DNA of 32,000 bases from an uncultured archaeon (lineage in GTDB: Archaea > Iainarchaeota > Iainarchaeia > Iainarchaeales > JAAZKV01), in NCBI GenBank assembly GCA_964551375.1, contig CAZKBG010000001.1, positions 1-32,000 of the forward strand. The letters are read 5' to 3'. Positions 16,394 to 24,853 of the stretch are shown here, in pieces. The notes beneath the pieces were generated by a model. The model ran no database searches and was not told the DNA's origin. It worked only from the letters and a program-made list of their open reading frames with translations. The translations under genes and the position numbers were made by a program. The first letter of the stretch is position 1, and each line of letters starts with the position of its first letter.

Positions 16394-17158
16394 TCACTTT
16401 CTCCTTGTTCTAATAAGCGCCTTTCTAGTACTAAATTTTATTGTGCCCGGTTTTGGATCTCTTTTTACTTGAAGTTTTCTTTTAGCCCTCTCTGCGCTAG
16501 CGAGTCTTTCAATGCTTTCTCTTCGATAAATTGATTCAAGCTTTTTTCCGCGTATTAAACCTTCGCCAAAGTGAATTCTAAGCCCGGTATCCATTATTCG
16601 GTTTTTTCTTTTCATCCTTCTCAAATCAGCAACTGCCAGTTCAAGCATTTGTGAAACTGAAACAAGAGTGTCATTTTTGCCTTTATTGAAGTAACGAACT
16701 GGATTTTTTGCAAGCGACTCAGTTTTTACTCCTTTGACAACAAGCCCTCTTTTCAAAAGCCTTTCTTCTCTTGCAAGCGCAAGCTCATCAAGATGAGGAA
16801 CAAGGAATGCTTCTCTTTGTCCTGTTTGTTTAAGATGCGCTTGGAATTTTTTTAATGCAAGAATCTCAAGACGAGTGCCTACTCCCCTGCCAAATTCTTC
16901 CGAAAGCTTAAACGGCTGCAAGTCAAAAGAATAAATTGGATTTTGAAACTTTCCTTCGCGCTGAAGCGAAAAACTAACATATCCCAAAGGAACTCCTTCC
17001 TTGAGAAATCCGCTTGAGCGAATTGTGCTTTTGATATTTGGACTTGTCAAGTAACTTGCATCTCCAGCCTTGCCGTTTGAAACAAAAAAGCTTACTTTAA
17101 ATCCGTGGCGGGCAGGAGTTCCTTCAGCCCTTATTCCACTTGGAGCCCAGTCAGACAT
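16394..17158 (-). CDS. Hypothetical protein with a GNAT-like N-terminal half and an Arg/Lys-rich C-terminal tail
   Basis: 254 aa. FKLSEEFGRGVGTRLEILALKKF...LLKRGL resembles GNAT motif A (xGxGxG followed by a helix) and motif B. The last ~100 aa are strongly basic (..RAKRKLQVKRDPKPGTIKFSTRKALIRTRRK). It is packed between apt (13-nt gap) and mtnP (0-5 nt). Confidence 0.6.
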   Translation of the reverse strand: MSDWAPSGIRAEGTPARHGFKVSFFVSNGKAGDASYLTSPNIKSTIRSSGFLKEGVPLGYVSFSLQREGKFQNPIYSFDLQPFKLSEEFGRGVGTRLEILALKKFQAHLKQTGQREAFLVPHLDELALAREERLLKRGLVVKGVKTESLAKNPVRYFNKGKNDTLVSVSQMLELAVADLRRMKRKNRIMDTGLRIHFGEGLIRGKKLESIYRRESIERLASAERAKRKLQVKRDPKPGTIKFSTRKALIRTRRK

Positions 17159-17171
17159 AAGTTATCACTTT

Positions 17172-17693
17172 TTACTCGCCTTCAAATTCCACTAATGCAA
17201 ATACTTTTCTTGGAGCTAGTTTTTCCTTTCCCTTTAATTCAGGGAGGTCAATAACAAAAGCGCATTCAAGAATCTCTGCTCCTACTTTTTCCAAGAGTTT
17301 GCATGAAGCAAGAGCGGTTCCCCCAGTTGCAATTAAATCATCCACTAAAATTACTTTATCTCCTTTAGCGAGAGCATCTTTGTGAATTTCAACAACATCC
17401 TTTCCATATTCCAGTTCATATTCTTCCCTAATAACTTCAGCTGGAAGTTTTCCTTTCTTTCTAATTGGAATAAATCCTATTCCAAGCTTGTGCGCAAGGG
17501 CAGCGCCTAAAATAAAACCCCTGCTTTCAATTCCAACAACATAACTAATCTTCTGATTTTTGTACCGTTCAAATAATTCATTAACAACATGATTAAACCC
17601 ATGAGCATCACGCAAAAGAGTGGTGATATCTCTAAACATTATTCCTTTTTTTGGAAAATCAGGAATTGCTCTTATTTTTGACTTAATATCCAT
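17172..17693 (-). CDS. apt: Adenine phosphoribosyltransferase
   Basis: [35 protein letters not shown] and the PRPP loop [14 protein letters not shown] are all present. Confidence 0.93.
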   Translation of the reverse strand: MDIKSKIRAIPDFPKKGIMFRDITTLLRDAHGFNHVVNELFERYKNQKISYVVGIESRGFILGAALAHKLGIGFIPIRKKGKLPAEVIREEYELEYGKDVVEIHKDALAKGDKVILVDDLIATGGTALASCKLLEKVGAEILECAFVIDLPELKGKEKLAPRKVFALVEFEGE

Positions 17694-17757
17694 AAAACAC
17701 CACTAATATCAAACGTCAAAATCCTTTTTATTAGTAATATTGGAGTCAAAGAGTTTT

Positions 17758-18432
17758 ATGTTCGGGGAAATGATTAAATATAACGCATTAAGAAGTTCTG
17801 TAAGTGAAATTATGCCTCAAAACCAGCCCAATAGATTTGGAAACAAAGCGCAAAGAGACGCATTTCGTTCAAATCTTGTGAGGCGAAATACTCAACGGCA
17901 TGAACTTTTAACTGAAATACTTGATAAAGAAAGAAAACACTGGCAGAAGCGTCCAGAGCTTCCTGGAAAGCCCCATGTTGGAGTTGCAGGAATAAGAAGC
18001 ATGCAGGCAAAGGAACTTTCCCACGATCATGAAAGGGCAATTGAAATATGGAGAAATTTAAGAGAGCGAAGACTTAAATTTGAAGAAATCTGGCACGAAT
18101 TTGAAATGCAACTTGGGCACGGCTCCGCAAATGTAATTCGCGGACTTTTAGAATTATCCTATAATCCGGCAAACCAGCTTCCAATGAATTTCAAAGACGG
18201 ATTGCAAAAAGTTTTTGGATTAAGCAAAATGGCAAGGCATGTAACTCACAGCTGGGAAACAAACAGAGCTCTGCTTGCAAAAAATCCTGCAAAATTTCGC
18301 GAGCAGATGGAATATGCATTTGATGGAAATGTAGCAAAACACAGAGGCGCAATTTTAGCTGAAATGAATGATCCAAGAAAACCGTTTGACCCTGAACTTG
18401 TAAAATATGTTAAGGAGCATCTTGGGAAGTGA
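17758..18432 (+). CDS. Hypothetical basic protein
   Basis: The track starts at TTG 17740; the ATG at 17758 is preferred. The protein is Arg/His/Trp-rich and probably helical, with no family recognised. Its stop overlaps or abuts the next ORF, suggesting translational coupling. Confidence 0.55.
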   Translation: MFGEMIKYNALRSSVSEIMPQNQPNRFGNKAQRDAFRSNLVRRNTQRHELLTEILDKERKHWQKRPELPGKPHVGVAGIRSMQAKELSHDHERAIEIWRNLRERRLKFEEIWHEFEMQLGHGSANVIRGLLELSYNPANQLPMNFKDGLQKVFGLSKMARHVTHSWETNRALLAKNPAKFREQMEYAFDGNVAKHRGAILAEMNDPRKPFDPELVKYVKEHLGK

Positions 18433-18437
18433 ATATT

Positions 18438-18926
18438 ATGACACGAGCAGCAAGACAAAGAACTCAAAGAAAATCAAGCGCAGCGGTTCATTACAGAAGA
18501 GTAAATGAAAGACTAATTTCTGTTGTGGATAATAGATTGAAAATGAAGCGCCCAGTGGATTTTACCGTGCTGACTCTTACAAAAGGGGGAGCTCATCCAA
18601 AAGAAATGACAATATCTTCAGTTTATGAAAGGACTCCCAAAAGAGAAGCGCACACAACTTGGGGAAAGAAAAGACCAAAAGTAATTGGCGGAATGCTCCC
18701 TCAAAAGAGCAGAACCTCTGAAAGGCTTGTGGATGAATGGAGAAGAATGGGGTTAAAAAGCGATAAAGAAATTTATGCTCACTTGTCAGTGCTTCTTGCA
18801 AGAGAAAAACCGCAAACACTTGCCAGACTTATTGGTGAAATCAGCAATCCTCAGCATACTTTCCCTGACGGGTTTAAGAGAATTATAAAAGATTTTTTTA
18901 ACGCAAAAACAGGGCGACACAAGTAA
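18438..18926 (+). CDS. Hypothetical basic protein
   Basis: ATG at 18438 (MTRAARQRTQRKSSAAVHYRR). An alternative GTG at 18429 overlaps the upstream TGA. No family recognised. Confidence 0.55.
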   Translation: MTRAARQRTQRKSSAAVHYRRVNERLISVVDNRLKMKRPVDFTVLTLTKGGAHPKEMTISSVYERTPKREAHTTWGKKRPKVIGGMLPQKSRTSERLVDEWRRMGLKSDKEIYAHLSVLLAREKPQTLARLIGEISNPQHTFPDGFKRIIKDFFNAKTGRHK

Positions 18927-18962
18927 AGTTTGAATTTACTAATTTTTGACAAAAATTTAAAT

Positions 18963-19148
18963 TTAGTAATTCTTGCGCTTAGCCCTTGCTTTATTTTGCC
19001 TTCTCAAATTATTATGCATTGCCTCGCTGAGGTACTCGATTTGAGCATGATTTAAATGAAGCGCTCCGTTGCCATTGTGGGCATGAAGCTGTTTTCTTAT
19101 TGAAGGAGCTTTTTGATATTTGGGTTTTTGAAACTTAGGTCTTGCCAT
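18963..19148 (-). CDS. Hypothetical 61-aa very basic protein
   Basis: MARPKFQKPKYQKAPSIRKQ...NLRRQNKARAKRKNY. ATG start, basic at both termini. Its size and charge resemble a ribosomal or nucleic-acid-binding protein, but I cannot assign it to a family. Confidence 0.45.
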   Translation of the reverse strand: MARPKFQKPKYQKAPSIRKQLHAHNGNGALHLNHAQIEYLSEAMHNNLRRQNKARAKRKNY

Positions 19149-19193
19149 AAAAACACTTTTAAAGATGTTTTGGATTTTTTGTTGTTCTGTTAA

Positions 19194-19466
19194 TTAAACT
19201 CTGGCCATTTTAGTGAAAATCTCATCCCAGCTTGGAGCTGATTTAGGAACAAATTCTTTTGAACTAACAGCTGCTCTTGAGATAGTAAGATTAATTTTTG
19301 GGAAATACGGCGAAAGAGACATCAGCACTTTTTCTGATTCATTTAACTGCTCTTTTGTTCCATACCCTGAAATAACAAGATCTTTTTTAGCTTTTCCTTT
19401 TTCGTGAAATTTTACTTCCATTTTTTCAACTTTGTTTACCACAATCATCACACCCTCAATTTCCAT
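19194..19466 (-). CDS. Hypothetical 90-aa protein
   Basis: ATG ORF with a TATA-like TTTATATATC about 55 nt upstream on the minus strand. No family recognised. The antisense ORF 19213..19407 is rejected. Confidence 0.5.
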   Translation of the reverse strand: MEIEGVMIVVNKVEKMEVKFHEKGKAKKDLVISGYGTKEQLNESEKVLMSLSPYFPKINLTISRAAVSSKEFVPKSAPSWDEIFTKMARV

Positions 19467-19559
19467 TGTTTTTTGGTTAACTTTGGCAAGACCTTAAAAC
19501 AATTCGAAAGTAATGAATTAAGTGATATATAAATTAAGCTGGTGAAGTGTACTAAAAAA

Positions 19560-20297
19560 TCAGTTTTGTGAACTTAGAATCTGCCGATTTCTTTTAGCAA
19601 TCCTTTCATCTCTTTTTAGCGCTCTAATTCTGTCTCTCTCAAGCCTTGCTTTTTCAGCTTCTTTAAGCGCAAGAGGTTTTTTTATTGAATTAAGCAAAGC
19701 AGTTGCCTGGCTCATTCGGGTTTCAAGCCTTTGAGTAAAATCAATGGTGTTGTGCCGAAATTGCTCTGAAGAGCGCTCTCTTTCCCAAAAATCCCTTCCG
19801 CTTGTTAAATGATAAACAGAGCTAGTGACTTTTGAGAGGCGAATATTTGCCTGCTTTAAGTCCCTCAAAATTTTGTTGATTTTTGCAATCTTGCCTTTAG
19901 CATCAGCTTGTTTGTCAACCATTCTTTGAAGCCTTAGAAGCATATCTTCTCTTTCAAGCAAAAACCCTCCTGTTGGTTTTACTGCAAAAACCCAAGAATA
20001 TTGTGATTTATTTGTGGAAATAGTTCTAAAGATTTTATGTGAATAAGTGTTAAAATCAAGGAAAATTGGTTTGCCCAAATGTTCTCTTTCCCTTGCTTCA
20101 AAATAAAGCTGTTTAATTGTAGGGTCTTCATTTTTCAGTGATTTTAATCTTCTAGCTTCAACTTCTCTTGCAATGGTTGCCTTAATTGACTTGATTCTAA
20201 TTCTTAATGCGCGGGGAGTATTCCCAGGCATTGACTTTTTTCTCGCAAGCTTTTGCGCTTGTTTTCTATAAAGCAAATTAGCAGGATTCAAAGTCAT
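19560..20297 (-). CDS. Hypothetical basic coiled-coil-rich protein
   Basis: 245 aa. Basic N-terminus (..YRKQAQKLARKKSMPGNTPRALRIRIKS) and basic C-terminus (..ARLERDRIRALKRDERIAKRNRQ), with a central YSWVFAVKPTGGFLLERED segment. No family recognised. Confidence 0.6.
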   Translation of the reverse strand: MTLNPANLLYRKQAQKLARKKSMPGNTPRALRIRIKSIKATIAREVEARRLKSLKNEDPTIKQLYFEAREREHLGKPIFLDFNTYSHKIFRTISTNKSQYSWVFAVKPTGGFLLEREDMLLRLQRMVDKQADAKGKIAKINKILRDLKQANIRLSKVTSSVYHLTSGRDFWERERSSEQFRHNTIDFTQRLETRMSQATALLNSIKKPLALKEAEKARLERDRIRALKRDERIAKRNRQILSSQN

Positions 20298-20327
20298 CGC
20301 CTTAAACTAGTAAATTTATTACATTAT

Positions 20328-20891
20328 TTATTTTTTTTGTTTCTTTTCAAGCAGTTTTTCTCTTTCAAGCATCAATTGATGCGGAGAAGGCATTTTTGGA
20401 AGCTGGGGCTGTTCATGCTCTTTTAGAAGCTCTCCTGGGACGCTCGTTTTTCCAACAAGCGCAAGTTCAATCTCGCTCAGCGTTGAATTTGGCTTTAATT
20501 TTGGTCTTTGTTTTGGGGGAAGTTTATTCCAAACCGCTTTAATCATCATTAATCTTTCTCTTGGATTAGTAAAAGCATGAAGCCTTCCGCTCTCAAGCAG
20601 CTCCTTATATTTTAGCGCAGGATGTTTTGCATTCCCGAGCTCAATAATAACAGAACCAGCTGAATCCATAATTTTCACAGCGTGGGGAAGCCAAGCCTGC
20701 TGTCTAGTTAATGGCTCAGTTCTTGGCTTTATTTTAAGATTAAACTCTCCCTGCATCATCCGCTTTTCTTTAGGGGGCAGAGTAAGCCTTGAAGTTTTTG
20801 GAGTGGAATGCATTTCAAACTCCATCTGAGGACTGGGCGCTTTTACAGTCATCATCCCGTCACGCTGGGTAAAACGCTTTCTTCTTGGCAT
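20328..20891 (-). CDS. Hypothetical basic, Pro/Lys-rich protein
   Basis: The track ORF extends to 20978, but its first 29 codons look like read-through. The ATG at 20891 (MPRRKRFTQRDG) is preferred. No family recognised. Confidence 0.55.
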   Translation of the reverse strand: MPRRKRFTQRDGMMTVKAPSPQMEFEMHSTPKTSRLTLPPKEKRMMQGEFNLKIKPRTEPLTRQQAWLPHAVKIMDSAGSVIIELGNAKHPALKYKELLESGRLHAFTNPRERLMMIKAVWNKLPPKQRPKLKPNSTLSEIELALVGKTSVPGELLKEHEQPQLPKMPSPHQLMLEREKLLEKKQKK

Positions 20892-20957
20892 AAAATAATT
20901 TCCGCTTTGAATGAATAAAATACTATGGTTGGAGGTTAAAGAATAAGAAAAATTAGA

Positions 20958-20986
20958 AAAGGGACTTTTTGAAAACAAAAAGCCCT
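20958..20986 (-). terminator. Hairpin between the 21001 membrane-protein gene and the next gene
   Basis: AAGGG(A)CTTTTT - GAAAAC - AAAAAGCCCTT forms an 11-bp stem with one bulged A. It lies 15 nt beyond the stop at 21001 and is followed by a T-rich run on the minus strand. Confidence 0.4.
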
Positions 20987-21000
20987 TCTTTGTTAGAAAC

Positions 21001-21366
21001 TTATTTTTTTAGTTCCTTTGCAATTCTTTTTGAAGCATCATTAAAGCTGAATGTATCTCCAAGCTTCTTTGCAATCATTGCAGTTCTTAGCATGAATCCA
21101 AAGAACAAAAATACTAGAATCATTCCAGGTAGTTGTCTTGTGAAAATATCTTGTATTACAATGATGTTTGCTTCTGTTAAAAAAGTCCATAATGCATAAG
21201 GAAAACCGCAGACAAGCACGGTTAAGAAAAGCCATGTTAAAAGCTGTTTTAACTGTCCTTTTGAAAGGTTTTTCTGAGCATTAAAAATCAAAACTGATGA
21301 AGCAAGCCCCATAAGAGTCAAAATCAAGGCAAATATTGATTGAATTGTTAAATCCAATTTAAACAC
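21001..21366 (-). CDS. Small integral membrane protein (3-4 TM)
   Basis: 121 aa, hydrophobic, with a basic C-terminal tail. The start is either GTG 21366, overlapping the upstream stop by 8 nt, or TTG 21357, 8 nt downstream of a GGAGG motif. Confidence 0.6.
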   Translation of the reverse strand: MFKLDLTIQSIFALILTLMGLASSVLIFNAQKNLSKGQLKQLLTWLFLTVLVCGFPYALWTFLTEANIIVIQDIFTRQLPGMILVFLFFGFMLRTAMIAKKLGDTFSFNDASKRIAKELKK

Positions 21367-21934
21367 CTCCTTTCTTTTTTGAAAAATTAATCACATTATC
21401 CGCGAATAAAACAATTTTTTGGAAAGCATCGCTTTTAGTATCGCTTGTTAAGGAAAGAATCAATCCGTTAACATTCCACTCCCTCATTCTGCCCGCGAGG
21501 AAGTGAGTGAATTTAACCACGCTTTCAGGCTTGTTGTAAATTAAAAGAGTTGTTATTGAATCAAAGAAAATAAACTTCTCCTTTGAAGGAAGCGAGTTCA
21601 TTGCCTCGCTTATTGCAATGCTCAAATCAGTAAGATTTTCAGGGTTTGGAATGTACAGGCAGTTTGAATCTTTTTTTGGCTCTGTTACGTGGGTGGATGA
21701 AGCGGTTATTCCATCAATGAAAATAAATAATTTTGAGTTAATCTTCTCACTGTCAAAATTTGTTTTAATCGCCGAGTAAGGCTTATTTAGAGTAACATAA
21801 ACACCCGGAATTTTCTTTTCATTTGCAAAATACTTCATCAACTTTAAAGTGACTTTATTATATTCTTCAGCATCAGCAACAACAACTGAAACTGCCCTGT
21901 TTTTGAAAGAGGATTTTAGATTAATGTTTTCCAT
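21359..21934 (-). CDS. RecA/KaiC-superfamily domain protein lacking a Walker A motif (DUF835-like)
   Basis: 191 aa. The layout ..GVYVTLNKPY...FIFIDGIT.....P.NLTDLSIAI......KFIFFDSITTLLIYN...VVKFTHFL...... resembles archaeal KaiC-like signal-transduction ATPase domains. No GxxxxGK(T/S) is present. Confidence 0.5.
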   Translation of the reverse strand: MENINLKSSFKNRAVSVVVADAEEYNKVTLKLMKYFANEKKIPGVYVTLNKPYSAIKTNFDSEKINSKLFIFIDGITASSTHVTEPKKDSNCLYIPNPENLTDLSIAISEAMNSLPSKEKFIFFDSITTLLIYNKPESVVKFTHFLAGRMREWNVNGLILSLTSDTKSDAFQKIVLFADNVINFSKKKGGV

Positions 21935-22058
21935 GTGTATACAAGCATTTTACTGGTATATATCCTTTTTTCATAGCAAAAACATGCCCTAAAAAAAGCA
22001 AGTATATTGGTACTTTGTCTTGGATAAGCTTAAATGATACTTTTAATGAATATTATAT

Positions 22059-22856
22059 ATGCAACACAATCCGAGGCAAAAAGGAAAATTTGTTTCAGTC
22101 AGCTCGACATTAACTTCGGTTAGAAAGGAGCATATTGCTCTTGCCGCAAAAGCCAGAGAAGCAAGGCTTAAAGAAATTCAAAGACAAAAAGAGCTTGGTG
22201 AAAAAACAGGCAAAAAGGAAAAATCTCCTTTTAGAGTTTTTGAAGCAGGTCCTGGCGCAAATCCAAGAGGGTTACTACATTCTGCAAGAAAGTCGGTTTT
22301 GAAAGGAAAAAACAGAGAGTTTGACGCGGCGGATCCTGAAATATCCCGTCCTGATTATCTGGCTCCAAGGAGAATGAGCCTAAGAAGACTCAACTGGGTT
22401 CCAAAAAATCTAAAGCTTGAAAGAAAATCAGCAATTGACGCGCTGAAAGCAAAACCTGACAATCATTATCACATAATTTTTGGAAGCTACTTTTTGAATA
22501 ATATTACCGCGCGAGAACTGGGCGCGTTTATTGAGACAGCTGTTGCAAAACTTCGCCCGGGAGGGAGAATGATATTTATCCAGTCAATAAGACAAGTGGG
22601 ATCAATTGAAAGCTTTGCAAAAGCAAGAGGACTGGCTGTGAGCCATAGAAGGCTTACTGACGCAGAGGCTGAAAGAGGGCCAAGATATGTTGCGCTGAGA
22701 TCAAATCCAAGCGGGAGAGAAAGGTATCTTACTCTTCCTTCAAATCACCCCCACATAGTTGAAGGGATGATGAAAAAGTACGGCGTGACAAAAAGAGATG
22801 AACTTGAAAGGCCCACTCTTATGATTATGAAGAAAAAAAGAGCAAAATCTGCTTGA
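22059..22856 (+). CDS. Class I SAM-methyltransferase-like protein with basic N- and C-terminal extensions
   Basis: 265 aa. FRVFEAGPGANP resembles motif I, and HIIFGSYFLNNI...FIETAVAKLRPGGRMIFIQS resembles motifs IV to post-IV. It is clearly paralogous to the 25158 gene: compare LRPGGRMIFIQS with LAPGKSFVVIES, and FAKARGLAVSHRRLTDAE with LSKAGFKVDFRRITEHE. Confidence 0.6.
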   Translation: MQHNPRQKGKFVSVSSTLTSVRKEHIALAAKAREARLKEIQRQKELGEKTGKKEKSPFRVFEAGPGANPRGLLHSARKSVLKGKNREFDAADPEISRPDYLAPRRMSLRRLNWVPKNLKLERKSAIDALKAKPDNHYHIIFGSYFLNNITARELGAFIETAVAKLRPGGRMIFIQSIRQVGSIESFAKARGLAVSHRRLTDAEAERGPRYVALRSNPSGRERYLTLPSNHPHIVEGMMKKYGVTKRDELERPTLMIMKKKRAKSA

Positions 22857-23009
22857 TTTGTTTTTGAACTTATTGCCAAAGCCCCTCAAATTTCATTTTT
22901 AACAAAATCCCCTAGCCCTTCCAATCATTTTAAAAGAACATTTTGACACAAATGAGGCTGAGGGACCAGATTGCTATTTGCGGACTGAGATCTCTTAGGT
23001 TGTGGGAAA

Positions 23010-23186
23010 ATGAATTACTTCTGCCCGAAGTGTTATGGGACAAAATTTTATACAGTAAAGCTTGCCCAACAAGGTGAAGATTATGTCTGTACCCAAAATC
23101 CCCAACATGTGTTTGTAATTGATGCGTCTGGATTTCCAAGGACAAAACAAACAGCTTCAATTAACCAGACAGTTAATTTAGTTTAA
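23010..23186 (+). CDS. Possible 58-aa zinc-ribbon-like protein (MNYFCPKCYGTKFYTVKLAQQGEDYVCTQNPQHVF...)
   Basis: ATG ORF below the track cutoff. A CPKC knuckle is followed 18 residues later by C-x5-H. It lies antisense to the track's 76-aa ORF 22930..23160, which has an antisense-like composition. Confidence 0.45.
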   Translation: MNYFCPKCYGTKFYTVKLAQQGEDYVCTQNPQHVFVIDASGFPRTKQTASINQTVNLV

Positions 23187-23292
23187 GCAAAAGCTTTGAA
23201 TTAAAATAGTTGGATTTTTTGACTTTAAAGTCCCAACTACAAACTTCTTTTTCAACCGTGAAGTTTAATAATAGCAAAAGATTATTACTAGC

Positions 23293-23823
23293 GTGAAATC
23301 AAAGAAAACAAAACCAGCAAAACAAAATATTTCCAAAATGATTGGATATTCAAAAGAGCTTACTCTGTTCTTATTTTCAGTTGGAATTTGTCTGCTTGCC
23401 GGAGCGGTTGGCTCAACTTTTACGATTAAATATATTCCAACTTGGTATGCTGGCTTAGCAAAGCCTTTCTTTGCACCTCCAAATTGGCTTTTTGGGCCTG
23501 CATGGACAACGCTTTACATACTAATGGGAATTGCGTTATTCTTGATTTTGCTTAAGTGGACTGGGAAAGCAAGCGAGAAAAAAGCAGTTGGATTTTTTGG
23601 CATGCAGTTAGTCCTAAACATATTTTGGTCATTCTTATTTTTTGCGCTTCAAAATCCGCTTCTAGCTTTTATTGAAATAATAGTAATGTGGTTTGCAATA
23701 CTTGCTACAATATTGTCGTTTTACAAAATCTCAAAACCGGCGGCTTACTTACTTATCCCATATATTGCATGGGTAAGCTTTGCTTCAATTTTGAACTTAT
23801 CAATTTGGTTTTTGAATCCATGA
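23293..23823 (+). CDS. tspO: TspO/MBR family tryptophan-rich sensory protein
   Basis: Five TM segments, with WYAGLAKPFFAPPNWLFGPAWTTLYILMG and IPYIAWVSFASILN signatures. The GTG start at 23293 is from the track; the ATG at 23338 is an alternative. Confidence 0.88.
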   Translation: MKSKKTKPAKQNISKMIGYSKELTLFLFSVGICLLAGAVGSTFTIKYIPTWYAGLAKPFFAPPNWLFGPAWTTLYILMGIALFLILLKWTGKASEKKAVGFFGMQLVLNIFWSFLFFALQNPLLAFIEIIVMWFAILATILSFYKISKPAAYLLIPYIAWVSFASILNLSIWFLNP

Positions 23824-23884
23824 CGACTTAAAAGTTGTTTTTTGGGCGGCTAACCCAAAAAAGCAATTGAGTTTAGAACTCGTT

Positions 23885-24493
23885 TTAATTTACATTAGTC
23901 ACTAAGTCCTTAGTTTCAAATCTTGTCTTTATTCTTGGGGTGTCATTTGCATATCCTATTGGGACAAGAACCGTCGGAATGTGGTTAGCTGGCAGTTTTA
24001 GGATTTTAGCAACTTCTTTTGGATCAAACCCTTCCATAGGGCATGAATCAAAGCCAAGAGACTTAGCTCCGTTTAATGCATTTCCAAGCGCAAGGTAAAC
24101 CTGCTTTTGAGTCCAGTTAAGGGCGTTTTCAGGAGTCAGGTTTTGCGCAAAGCCGTTAATCATCTCAATATATGCCTGCATTTTTTCCATGTCCTTTGTT
24201 GTCTTAACCATCATGTGTTCAAGCTTTTGGATATTTCCTCTCACATCAGTATTTGCCACAAATACTAGTAAGTGTGAGCTTGTTCCAATCTGGGGCTGAT
24301 CCCATGCTGCTTTTTGTATTTTATCCTTTGTTGCTTTATCAGTCACAATGTAAATGTGCCAAGGCTGAACGTTAAATGAAGATGCTGAGTGTCTCACCAT
24401 TTCAATAAGCTCATTAACTTTGTTCTCCGGGACTTTTTTGCCGTCAAACGACTTTACTGCGTATCTATTCATCACAATTTCTTTAAATTCCAT
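23885..24493 (-). CDS. NAD(P)H nitroreductase family flavoprotein
   Basis: RYAVKSFDGKKV...MVRHSASSFNVQPWHIYIV and ..LGFDSCPMEGFD.. are typical of the family. The ATG at 24493 is preceded by GAGGTGAT, and the track's GTG 24502 falls inside that ribosome-binding motif. Confidence 0.88.
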   Translation of the reverse strand: MEFKEIVMNRYAVKSFDGKKVPENKVNELIEMVRHSASSFNVQPWHIYIVTDKATKDKIQKAAWDQPQIGTSSHLLVFVANTDVRGNIQKLEHMMVKTTKDMEKMQAYIEMINGFAQNLTPENALNWTQKQVYLALGNALNGAKSLGFDSCPMEGFDPKEVAKILKLPANHIPTVLVPIGYANDTPRIKTRFETKDLVTNVN

Positions 24494-24670
24494 TTTTATC
24501 ACCTCTAAGAAAAAGTGTTATTTTTTGTAATTTTATTTACGAAAATATTTGTATTAGTGGGTATTTAAGCCACTATTGGTGTATTGCGCTAATTGTCAAA
24601 ATATTCACATGCGTAAAGATTAAGTGTTCTAATGGCGTTAGTAATGCGGTGATTGTCACCAGGTGAAAAA

Positions 24671-24853
24671 ATGGCTGGAAAAATTGTTGCATCAAAAAAC
24701 GGACCTTTTTTAGTGTCAGGCGAAATAACTGTTGAAGGAAGCGATGGGAAGAAAATTTGCGAAAATAGCCCCTGCAAACTGTGCAGATGCGGGCAGTCAA
24801 AGAATAAACCGTTTTGCGACATGACACACTTAAGCATTGGCTGGAAAGAATGA
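24671..24853 (+). CDS. CDGSH-type iron-sulfur domain mini-protein
   Basis: GPFLVSG...LCRCGQSKNKPFCDMTH matches C-x-C-x2-S-x3-P-x-C-D-x-T-H, with Met where the family name has Gly. The ATG at 24671 has AGGTGA 5 nt upstream and is preferred over the track's TTG 24653. Confidence 0.75.
   Translation: MAGKIVASKNGPFLVSGEITVEGSDGKKICENSPCKLCRCGQSKNKPFCDMTHLSIGWKE

Noticed and set aside
22930-23160. 76-aa minus-strand ORF between the 22059 gene and tspO.
   Set aside because: It has antisense-like composition, and the opposite strand carries a CxxC-containing ATG ORF (23010..23186) that is the more plausible gene.
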